This document shows positions 24,993 through 35,900 of a DNA stretch of 64,000 nucleotides, in pieces. The stretch lies in contig NW_005434577.1 of the NCBI RefSeq assembly GCF_000315625.1, positions 36,267 to 100,266 of the forward strand, given 5' to 3'. The notes beneath the pieces are model-generated. The model did not search any database, had not been told where the DNA came from, and saw only the letters and a program-made list of their open reading frames with translations. This DNA is from Guillardia theta CCMP2712 (lineage: Eukaryota; Protista; Cryptophyta). The position numbers were made by a program, and so were the translations under genes. How positions within the stretch are numbered: the stretch's first letter is position 1; each line of letters opens with the position of its first letter.

Positions 24993-25270
24993 ATGATCGC
25001 TATCTCCGACGTCTCCTTGTCCTGTGCCCCCCCACTATGCCCTCTCCCTCCCTCTCCCAATCCCAGCGTCCCAGCTTGCTAAATCCTCAGTCGCCACTCC
25101 AACTCTAAGTCTCCCCCGGAAGGGCGAGCTGTGTTGACGTCCTCGCAGCGAGGAGCAAGCTGCGGCAGCTTGAAGGAAGAGGGAGCAGGGCGGAGGCGGA
25201 AAAGAACAAGAGGGAACAAGTGAGGGGAGGTAGAAGCAGGTGGTGCGAAGTTACATCTCCTAGCGATATC
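24993..25270 (+). pseudogene. 'SCLDNILAAR' family, type B, degenerate
   Basis: MIAISDVSLSCAPP, an internal stop, then ASCVDVLAARSKLRQLEG. Confidence 0.45.
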
Positions 25271-25844
25271 TCAGAGCGATCCAATTGGTATCGACAGGTG
25301 CTGGGATTGTAGTAAAGAGACAAGCTGCGAGCTCAGTCTTGAATATCACTTTCATGTTTCAGGCAGACCTCTCCTCGTTCTTAGGGTACAGTGAGGGGGG
25401 GCAGGAGGGAAGGATCCGCGGAGAGAGCGGGGAGAAAAGCAAGATTGAGCGAGCTGAATTCTCCTGAGGACAGTATGTTATTGAGCTCGAGGATGGGCAG
25501 CTGCAGAAGCTGTAGTCTCCTGTAACTGAGAGTGGAAAATACGGGTGGGTTCGCTTGTTCTGGTACCCATGGGCTGCATGCGAGGGAGGCTGGTTGTCGA
25601 CAACACGTGGCGATTCCCATCTGTTGTAGTAGGAGCGTCGACAACACCTTGGGCGAGTCTGGTTCCCTTATATTGTGTACCACGAAAGTGCATGTCTTTG
25701 TGATGTCTCTCACATCAATTTCATATCCCTTCAGTTCATCGTCAAGTTCATTCCAGCGCAGTTGTCTTGAGCATTCGATTTAAGCGTCTGCTACTCGTAA
25801 AGCTTCGGTTCTCTTCCAAGTGTCTTTATTGTCTCATCTGCATC

Positions 25845-26177
25845 CTATCTACATCTTCCCCGACACTCCTCATCCTGCCCTCCCCCTATCCTCCTCCTCC
25901 CTGCAATGCGCTCGTCTGCCTGCGCCTGGCGCGCGAGCTGAACCTTGACCCTGGCGGCCAGAATGTTGTCCAGGCAGCTGGTCCTGGAGGAGCACATGCT
26001 GGGCAGGGACAGAGACGAGGGCTTGGGCTTGACGGCGACAGAGGTGGAGTGCGAGGAGGAGGTTTCGAGCGACGATGAGCGGCTGGATGGGCGGTAGGAT
26101 CGGAGGAGAGGGCGGGCGGGCGGGAGGTCAGAGGAGAGGGAGACGCGGGACCAGGAGACGGGGGAGATAGAGCACAT
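25845..26177 (-). CDS. Small 'SCLDNILAAR' family protein, type A (110 aa)
   Basis: MCSISPVSWSRVSLSSDLPPARPLLRS...RTSCLDNILAARVKVQLARQ. Confidence 0.6.
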   Translation of the reverse strand: MCSISPVSWSRVSLSSDLPPARPLLRSYRPSSRSSSLETSSSHSTSVAVKPKPSSLSLPSMCSSRTSCLDNILAARVKVQLARQAQADERIAGRRRIGGGQDEECRGRCR

Positions 26178-27267
26178 GGGAGGAGGGGCAGGAGGGGCAG
26201 GAGGAGGTAGCACAAGGAAGGGCTGTGGGTCTTTGTATGTGTGAACTTGTTGTGCCTGTAACGGAATAAAAGGGGACCATAATCAGTTGAAAAAGAATCT
26301 CCAGATCGGTACCGAGGGTCACGATACTACGAACGCTGCCCACGGACTCCTTCGGATCGGACCGCTTGCCAGGGGCTGAAAAACTCCGGGCCGGGCCGGG
26401 CGGGAGATACTCCGAACAACTCACTCCCGTGAGTTGATCCATAGCATGTCGCAAGTTCTACTCCGAGTGCCTTGCTACGCATGTCTATCAGCCGAGTGAC
26501 TATGTTACATCGCTGCAGAACACGGCTCAGTGCTCCGGCGGAGGTGCATAAATCAGTGATTGCTTGACTCACTCACACTAGCTCAGTGTCACAAAGACCA
26601 GTGCTGTGCTGTTTGTTCAGGCAGGTAGCTTGGGAAGGCCAAGCCAGGGAAGGGGGGGGGGGAGAAGGTGTAGGTATCAATGTCCTATCTCAACGGCGAA
26701 GTAAAGGGATGTGCTGTTACAAAACTATTGAAGGAGCCTCTTGTGATTTTAGTGGACGACCTCCTCCCCCTTAAGCTTTAGTCGCCTCGCCTGCTGAATA
26801 TCTCCCCTAGAAGCAGCATACGCTGACTGGATAACATCCTGGCAGCCGTATGCCAGCCGAAGCATCTCAAGACGATGGGGACAGAGGGGTTCAGTCAAGA
26901 AGAAGAGGCAGGCGCAATGACGGAAAAACGATGAAGTGCGGAGAAGGATGAGTGGTAGAGGAGAGCACAGACAGCGACAGGTATACATGTACGAGGTGGC
27001 GATGAAAGGAATACATCGCGTACGATACAACAAATGGACACTTCAAGGTGAAGGTGATACTGAAGACTGAGAGATGATGGATGCTTGCAGATGTCTTGGT
27101 CAAGTATTTGCAGTCTCATTCTTTATTACAACTGCAGTAGCACCTTTCGTAATCAACCGCATCACTCCGAAGTTGATTGAGAGCCATGATATGATCGGAT
27201 GAACAAGCAGGAAATTATGGAAAGGTTGGCGATATTCACCTATCACCTGCTTCTACCTCCCAGCTCT

Positions 27268-27572
27268 TCATCCCCGCTTCTTTTCTGACACTTCATCACC
27301 GCTACTCTGCTGCTCTCTTCTCCGCTTCCTCTTCCGCTCTGACCCCTTCTCTTGCTCTCCTCTGAGCTGCTGAAGTTTCCTCCTTGCTGCCAGGATGTTG
27401 TCGAGACAGCTCGTTCTGTTATGATGTGGTGACTGAAGCTTTAGGAGGAAGGATGTCGGGCAAGGGTTGCCAGGGGGAGCGGGACGGAAGAGAGCGGAGT
27501 CTGAGGAGTATCGGAGGAGGGTCGAGGAGGAGGGGCACAGTACAAGGAGACATTGAAGATAGCGATGAACAT
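27268..27572 (-). pseudogene. 'SCLDNILAAR' family, type B, frameshifted
   Basis: MFIAIFNVSLYCAPP start is out of frame with RTSCLDNILAARRKLQQL...RKRKRRR. Confidence 0.5.
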
Positions 27573-28756
27573 TGCAGGAGCAAAGGCGATACACAACAGC
27601 GCTTGAGATATGGCGAACGAGAACTGTTCGATCGATCAAGAGCAGGAGGACAGATGCAGGAGGGGAGGAGACAAAGGAACTAGGACAAGCGGACTATTGT
27701 GGGGAGGGAGGGGAGGAGCGGGGCGGGGGTGGGGGCGGGGGTCGACCCGTGATCACCTGGCACCTCTCAGTCGCTCGGAGTCCGTGACCACCCCCGGCGG
27801 CCCTACGGCCACCGAACGGCCACTGTCGTATGTCGTACCTTTGTACCGAAAATAGATTAGTCATCTCGTGTGCACAGCGTGACCGTTATGACCGTTGTGC
27901 CTGTTGAACTAGCACTTGAAGAACACACATCACGGTTGTCGACCTACTGATACGAGAACGTCTTGCTAACTGACGTGGCAGATGAACACTTCACACTGCA
28001 CTCTGAGACAGGCGATCAGATCTCCCCAACGGCTGATCGCAATGATTTGCAGATTCCAAGTAAATTTGGAGCAACGAGCGGTTCAAGTCAACAGACTTTG
28101 ATATCGTACGAGTGATCGGCCGAGATGCCTTGAAGTCTCTTCCAACAATCTCCTCAACCTTCCCTCCCACTCACCTCCTCCTCCTGCCCCTGCCCCTGCC
28201 CCTGCCCCTGCCCCTGCCCCTGCCCCTGCCCCTGCCCCTGCGCCTGGCGCGCGAGCTGGAGCTGCCGCCAGGTCGTGAGACAAGAGGATTGATGCCTCAA
28301 CAGCTCAGGAATGTCAAGACCTTCAAACATGAGGCATAGAGTTGGAGATCAATCATTGTCTTCACCTCGACACATGATTGGCGAGATTCAGCAACACGAA
28401 TGGGAGTACCGCCTCGTGCGGGAAGTCATGTGATGGTTTGTAATGTGCATCATAGCTTTGTTGCTGTGCTCTTTGTAATTAATGTAATTGGACTGTGCAA
28501 CACCTCGTGCGTATTACGTTGTTCTTCATCCTGCTTGCACTTGGCCTTGTAGCATCACTAATCGAACACTTCCACCAATGAATAAAAAAAGAATAAAACT
28601 CTAAAAGTTAAGGTCATGGTACAAACTATTGACTGATTTTAGAAGGAAACTCGATTGCTCCCATAACCCTCTAATTTGGTAGCTTTTGTACCACGGGCGT
28701 TCTCTAAAGTACCGGTAGTTGCCTGCTGGGGATGGATGCGGAGTGAAGGAGGGAGC

Positions 28757-30340
28757 ATGAGGAGGATGCTGTGTGCGTGTGTGCTTTGGGCTGTACTAGG
28801 GGCGTGGATATGTCCTAAGGCCGAGGCGGCAAGCAGTGTGGTTTGTGGAGGCTGCACGTTTCGTATCTCGGACGAGGGTTTGTTGTCGAGGGAAGGGAGC
28901 TGTGGGAATAGCTGTACTGACACATTGAATTTGAACTCCCGCAACATTCAGAACATAACGAGTGGGACCTTTGAAGGGCTCTCGAGCTTGCAGAATCTAT
29001 ATCTTCAATACAACAACCTGGACAGCCTGCCTGCAGGGATCTTCGACGGGCTCTCGAGCTTGGGGAGGCTATATCTTGACAAAGACAACCTGGAGAGTCT
29101 GCCTGCAGGGATATTCGACGGGCTCTCGAGCTTGCAGTGGCTACAACTTTCCTTAAACAAGCTGGAGAGTCTGCCTGCAGGGATCTTCGACGGGCTTTCA
29201 AAATTGAGCAATATAGTTCTTTCCAACAACAACATTCAGAGTCTGCCTGCAGGGATCTTCGGTAAGACCTCGAAACTGGTTTATCTACAACTTTCCAACA
29301 ACAATATTCAGAGTCTGCCTGTAGATATCTTCAACGGGCTCTCGCAATTGTACCTCCTATCTCTTGACAACAACAACCTGGAGAGTCTTCCTGAAGATAT
29401 CTTCGACAGACTGTCAAGTTTGTTTGCTCTAAATCTTCAGTACAACCACCTTAAGAGTCTGCCTCCAGAAATCTTCAACGGGCTCTCAAAATTGTACGAT
29501 CTAAATCTTGACAACAACAACCTGGAGAGTCTGCCTGCAGGGATCTTCGACGGGCTCTCAAACTTGCAGCATCTAAATCTTGACAACAACAACGTGGAGA
29601 GCCTCCTTGCAGGGATCTTCGACGGGCTCGAGAGCTTGGAGTCTCTATATCTTGACAGAAACAAGCTTTCCTGCATTTCCTCCCAGGCTTTCACTGGTTT
29701 GTCTTCGCTGAGGTATTTAGGCCTGACAAGCAACAATCTACCGTGCTATCATCCATCCTGGCCAAGCTTTGCTCAATTGGACGCGAACCTTGAACCGTGC
29801 CTCAACGAAACCCATTGCAACAACAGCGGGGGCATCAACTCCATCGCAAACACCTTCAACCCAACCACAATGCCAACATCATCCTCGTCATCAAAAGAAG
29901 GGGAATCGTTTTCGACTTCAATGATACAAGACTTCCCAACTACAGCTTCAGCATCACCAGAGATCTCAACTACAAGCCCAGCATTACCCGAGATCCCAAC
30001 CACGACACCAACAGGCCTACCACCGCGAACCTGGACTCTGCACCCGGACTACCTCCGCTGCCGGATACAGCACTCCTGGCCAGAGATCATGGACAGTGAG
30101 CTCGCGACGAACCACACCATCACGACGGGGGGACTCGGGAGGTGGATGGTGGTGGATAGATACGAGGTGTGGGTGTGCAGCCATCATGACACCTGTGCGG
30201 GGCCTGGGAATGCTTTCTGCTATGTCTTTGACGAGAAGGAGGAGGACTTCATCCCATGGTGATGTTTTGTTTGGTGCTTTTGAGTCCGATGGCTTTTGTC
30301 AGGGGCCTGGAGGATGAGCTCATGCTGAGCGAAGAACCTA
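28757..30340 (+). CDS. Secreted LRR protein (signal peptide, Cys N-cap, 11 full 24-aa LRRs, C-cap, Ser/Thr/Pro stalk, Cys-rich C-terminal domain); true 3' end uncertain
   Basis: MRRMLCACVLWAVLGAWICPKAEA, then repeats of LxxLxLxxNxLxxLPAGIFDGL. The apparent stop at 30262 lies within a probable 44-nt intron (30259-30302) leading to GLEDELMLS. Confidence 0.9.
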
Positions 30341-30747
30341 GACAGATGACAGCAGCCATCAACCTGGTCCGATCCGATCATCTTTATCACGTTTCCATTG
30401 ACTCTTGTTTTAGTCCTTCAATGTTTCAAGTTTGTACTAATCTCAAAAAGACTTTGAATTGTGGCACAATGAACTTTGACTTGCGACGGTCAAACACTAA
30501 ACCCCTGTGGTATACCGGAAACAGGTGCGTCTTCACCGGGTTCGCCTCAGCGTGTGCTACAACTTCTTCGCTCGATGCAACCGACTTGAACGTGCGAGAC
30601 TACAGTATCAAACTAAAGTCCTGGAATCAACTTCAACGCAAACACTTGCTTCACTTGATCTGTTCTAGATTTGCACCTCCCTTGCATTGTAGGCTTACAT
30701 GGCTTGTCTGCTTCAAACAACCAAACAACCTGATACCGTGACAAGCA

Positions 30748-31191
30748 TCATTCACACAGACACGATTCCCGTGTATATCCACATAGAACTGCCCCCCACC
30801 CCCCACCCCGCCCCTCCCAAGCCCATCTCATCATCTTCCGACGTTCACACTGACATAGAACCCTTGTGGATCTCTTCCCTTCCTCCCGTCCCATCCAATG
30901 CTTCCATGTCACTTCCCTCCGTCCTGTACGGATCTTTATTCTCTCTGTCCCTATACTCTCCCCCCCCCCCGCCGTCCGTTTCCTCCACGCCTGGTCCGCG
31001 AGCTGGAGCTTGACCCTGGCGGCCAGAATGTTGTCCAGGCATGTCCTGACGGAGGACTTGCTGGGAAGGAGTTCGGGCGACTTGGGCTTGACAGAGCAAA
31101 GGGCTCGGGAGGATCGGAGGAGAGGGCGGGCAGGGGGGAGGTCAGAGGAGAGGGAGACGCGGGACCAGGAGACGGGGGAGATAGAGCACAT
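30748..31191 (-). CDS. Small 'SCLDNILAAR' family protein, type A
   Basis: MCSISPVSWSRVSLSSDLPPARPLLRS...RTCLDNILAARVKLQL. Confidence 0.55.
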   Translation of the reverse strand: MCSISPVSWSRVSLSSDLPPARPLLRSSRALCSVKPKSPELLPSKSSVRTCLDNILAARVKLQLADQAWRKRTAGGGESIGTERIKIRTGRREVTWKHWMGREEGKRSTRVLCQCERRKMMRWAWEGRGGGWGAVLCGYTRESCLCE

Positions 31192-31275
31192 GGGGAGAGG
31201 AGGGTAAGCAGAGGCTGGGAAGAGGAGCAAGATCCTGGTGCTCAATTCCACGGATCTCGGTTGTCAGTTGAAGCT

Positions 31276-31697
31276 TCAACTCGTGTATGCAGTAGTACTA
31301 GCTCGCTGTTTCAACTCGTGTATGCAGTAGTACTAGCTAGCGTGTTCAACTCGTGTATGCAGTAGTACTAGCTCGCTGTTTCAACTCGTGTATGCAGTAG
31401 TACTAGCTCGCTGTTTCAACTCGTGTATGCAGTAGTACTAGCTCGCTGTTTCAACTCGTGTATGCAGTAGTACTAGCTCGCTGTTTCAACTCGTGTATGC
31501 AGTAGTACTAGCTCGCTGTTTCAACTCGTGTATGCAGTAGTACTAGCTCGCTGTTTCAACTCGTGTATGCAGTAGTACTAGCTCGCTGTTTCAACTTGTG
31601 TATGCAGTAGTACTAGCTCGCTGTTTCAACTCGTGTATGCAGTAGTACTAGCTCGCTGTTTCAACTCGTGTATGCAGTAGTACTAGCTCGCTGTTTC
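31276..31697. repeat. 35-bp tandem array (TCAACTCGTGTATGCAGTAGTACTAGCTCGCTGTT) x ~12
   Basis: Seen directly. Each unit contains the palindrome TAGTACTA. No spacers. Confidence 0.97.
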
Positions 31698-32482
31698 GGC
31701 AGTATCGAGCTCGCATGGGTCTTGCCGTCTCGCGCTACTGCTCGTTGTCCCGATCCTTGTTCCCCTGCTTCTCGTGCATGAAGCCGCTCGCGTGGTTGGA
31801 GTAGCGGTTTTCGCTGCCTCTTCCTTCTTTTTCCTACTTCGTTTGCTTCGTTTTCCATTTCAGTCATTCAACCTTTCATACTATGTCTGCATGCTTGGAA
31901 TCACAATCCTACTAGGCCAGTGCACGGTTCTATCTCTCGTGCTCCTCAACTTCTTTTCTTGTTGTTGCAGGGTCAGCTGAAGATGTCTGCAGTACTTTGG
32001 CATAGAATACTACTGCTAAGTGAAAAGAATATTCACTCAAGTCATCAAGCAGTGCAGTGCTGCCTGAGATAGACAACGTGTGACAATGGAAGGCGACGCA
32101 CTCGCTTCATCCCTGCCTTATTTCCAGCTACACGTGGGATATTTGAGAAAACGAAGCTGAGGCTTGACGTCATCTGCGAGCCCTAGCAGAACGATCAGCT
32201 GAACCAACTCAGGGCACAAGAGCTCGTTCAGGTAGGATGAGCAGGATCCTTCTCGCCCGGCCCCTCATAATGAGGTTCAGCTGTTGACTCGCCTCAGGTC
32301 GTCTACGGCATCGCTAGTCATGCACATGACTCATGCAGCATGATTGAGTGATCCTACGAGGTGCGCGAGCTTGTCACTACATCCCAGCTTCCCCTCGTCC
32401 CCTCCAAGTGTCTTTATTCTGAGATCCAAATACTACACATACACTCCCCGATGCTCCAGGTCCCGCCCTCTCCCTCGACTCA

Positions 32483-32656
32483 TCACGCGTTGTTGTTCAG
32501 GCAGCTGGTCCTCGCGGAAGATAGGCTGGGAAGCAAGTCGGGCGAGGGCTGGGGCTTGACGGGGGAGGAGGGAAGATGGAGGAGGAGAGGGCGAGCAGGA
32601 GGGAGATCGGAGGAGAGGGAGACACAGGACCAGGAGACGGGGGAGATAGAGCACAT
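32483..32656 (-). pseudogene. 'SCLDNILAAR' family, type A, truncated
   Basis: MCSISPVSWSCVSLSSDLPPARPLL...RTSCLNNNA*. Confidence 0.5.
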
Positions 32657-32953
32657 GGAGGGATTGAGGGAGGGAGGGATTGAGGGAGGGAGAGAGGGAG
32701 AAAGGAGACAGGAGGGAGGATGAGAAGGGCGGACTGCGGTGGGAGGAGGGAGCCNNNNNNNNNNNNNNNNNNNNNNNNNNNNNNNNNNNNNNNNNNNNNN
32801 NNNNNNNNNNNNNNNNNNNNNNNNNNNNNNNNNNNNNNNNNNNNNNNNNNNNNNAGAGGGAGAGGGAGAGGGAGAGGGAGAGGGAGAGGGAGAGGGAGAG
32901 CAGAGGAGGAGTAGGAGTTGAAAAGTTCGACTTTGATTACATCCTTCACACTA

Positions 32954-35900
32954 TCATCTCTTCCGCATCCTGGTCTTGATCCAGCCCTCCAGGTCCCACC
33001 GGATCACCGAGTTCCTCCTGGGAAGCGCTTCCAGTTCCTCCGGAGAGCTGCAGGAACAGTGTCAACAGGGGAGCTAGCAGCATGCTGCAATGGTACTAGT
33101 TCTTGTCGCCGGCAAGCGGCGCCGATGGCTGCAAGTCCCTCCCACAGGAGCACAGAAACTTGTTGTCCATGGAGAAGCACAGGTCAACAACCTGGAGGAA
33201 CAAGTGAGGAGGAGGAGGAGGAGGAGGAGGATCAACCGGTCCGCTGTGCGCCCTCCATGTGGCTAGTCGGTCCCCCGAGTCAACCGCTGTCAAGGTCACG
33301 TAGCCCAGCTCTGTCCCCCACGCCACGAGCAGACCGTCTGTGGACCTGGAGCATGCTTCAGGGCAGAGCAGCAGCTGCATGCAAGGCTTACGCTGCCATG
33401 GAGAGAATCTGAACTCCGTCGAGAATGGAGTAGTCTTCGCATCTGCCATCGGGCATGTGCTCTTTCCTCTTCCTCTTGCAGTAGCTGCACGTGCTGTTCC
33501 ACAGCCTGATCGAGCGGTCACGAGGGGAGAAGCAGCACAGGCTCTTCCTTACACTTTCCCGAACATCCTGATGCTGTGCCTTGGCGTGAAGAAGTATCCT
33601 TTCTCGTTGCGGACCCCGAACAGCATCGCCGGGAACACCGTGTACTGGCTCTGCGTCCAAATGATAAGACGAGTAGGCGCGGGAGAACTCTGGGCACCAG
33701 ACTCTTCTCCTTCACAGCCTCCGTGTAGCTGAACTTGAGGCGGACAGAACCTCTACTCTTCCTATCCTCGTTCCTCACGACGTACCAGTTGATCAGCGGC
33801 TCCTGCTGCGAGCACACCTGAAGTCCAAGTCACCCGAGCATGCAGGAGGAGCGAACCGGTGTGCCTTGCTCAGCAGCTTGTCCATGCGCAGGACGTTGGA
33901 ACCCAGCTCCTTGAGGGACCTGTCGGAGGGCTCGACCATGAAGGTCTGGACGGTGAGCTCGAGGGTGCTGGGGCCGATGCCGAAGTACATCTCCTTCCTC
34001 CACTGCGGCGTCTTGGTTGCCATGGCCTGAAGCACAGAAGCGTCAAGGAGGAGAGCATAGGAGAGGAGGACGCAGACAGAGGAGAGAGAGGGGGATAAGG
34101 GACAAGAACGAGGGAGAGGAGGACGGAGGTAGAGGAGGTGACAGTGGGATAAGGGACAAGGACAGGTGAGAGGGAAGGGATAGGGGAAGGCGTAAGAAGA
34201 GGAGAACAGGTCAAGGAAAGGAGATTGGAAAAGAGAGGGAAAGGGGCGCTACCACGTCAGTCTGATACTCTTGTCCCCTTTGCGTCCTGATGCTACAGAC
34301 TGTGTTGATGGGGCCCTTGTCATCCGGGTTCTTGATATTCTTTCCCTCCTCCACCGTCACCTGCGCAAGTCTCAGCACGGCAGCAGGCGGAGAGGAGGAG
34401 GAGGACAGACGTGCAGGTTGGCGTTGTGGACCATCTCCTCGAAGCGCACGTTCATCTTCACCACAGTCACGTGGTTCCCGTTGGTCAGCTGGTTGCCTCC
34501 AGGTTTCTTCAGCTTGTATCTCTTTGAGATCCCGTTGGCGCCTGGGTAGACATCCGAGTCACGAGGAGGCGACCGAAGGAGGTGACTCACTGTTAGTTGC
34601 GATCAGGTCCCCATGGGTGGTGCTGTACTCTGCCATGACACTCGTCAGGTCCCAGCTCATGCCCAGGACAGGGTGGACCTCCAATCAGCTTGACACCCTC
34701 GCTCCTCCTGTACTCGAACAGCTGGACCCTGACCATCTCGTTCATATCCCACACCGAGCAGCTCAACTGATGGCCCGTGACGTCAGACTCGAAGTCAAGC
34801 GAATCTCCTCCTGCCGATCAGTCAGGAACAGGCGAGGTATATGGCTACCATTGACAAACAACAACTAGTGTTTCTGCGAATCCTTCCTCCCTCTCCTTCC
34901 CTCCCTCTCCGTTGTCATCATCATCATCATCATCTCCTCCTCCTCCTCCTTCTTCTCCTTCTCCTTCTCCTTCTCCTTCTCCTTCTCCTCAATCATCATC
35001 AGCATCATCATCATCAGCATCATCATCAGCATCATCATCAGCATCAGTATCAGCATCAGCATCACCGGCCGGATGTGTGCGCAAGCAGTGGCGATTTCGA
35101 CCGACTTCGAACACGAGGAATCGCTCGACCTCTTCGGTCCCCTTGGGCATGTGCTCGACCCCGAGGATCGAGAAGTGCATGAAGCCATGCAGCCCCGTGT
35201 CGGGCAGGAACAACTTCACATCACAGTCGAGGGAGCTAACGAGGATAGGAGGGATGCGATATTCGTCCCTGTTGAGGAAGGTACCCCTGGAGACGGGCTT
35301 CTTGAACCCGTAGATCCTCTGCAGGATTTGCCCTTCCGGCACGCTCCATACGATGATGAAGTGGTCGTCTCCTCCCGAGATCAGGCGCTTGCTGTCAAAC
35401 GAGAATTGGATCCACCGTACCCAGTTCGAGTGCCCCAGCAGCACCTTGGTCTGCACTAGAGTGATCGGGTTCCAGAACTTGACCGTCTTGTCTGAGCTGC
35501 ACGTGGCGATCAGCGACCCGTTGGGGGTCCATGCAACGCATCGCACGTAGCCGCTGTGTGCCTTGACGCTCTGGACGGACTGGCCGGTCTTGACGTGCCA
35601 CATGTGGAGGGTTTTGTCAGCGCCGACGGAGACGAGGCGGTCCGCCTCGGGGGACCAGTCGATGGACATGATCTGATGCGTGTGCTCGCGGAGGGAGTGC
35701 AGGCGCTTCACCTTGTAGCCATCGAGCTCGAAGACGCGAATGACGCAGTCGGTGCAGCAGACCCCCAGGTACCTGCCGTTGGGCGAGTACTTGATCGCTG
35801 TGTACCCCGATGGGTCCTGGTGGATCGCTGTGCCTCCAGGCGCCTCCTCCCCCAGGAATACTTCCCCGCTGGGCGCGTCCTCGTGGCTAACGGACGCGCG

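Noticed and set aside
31276-31697. 35-bp array as a CRISPR array
   Set aside because: The repeat length fits, but there are no spacers.
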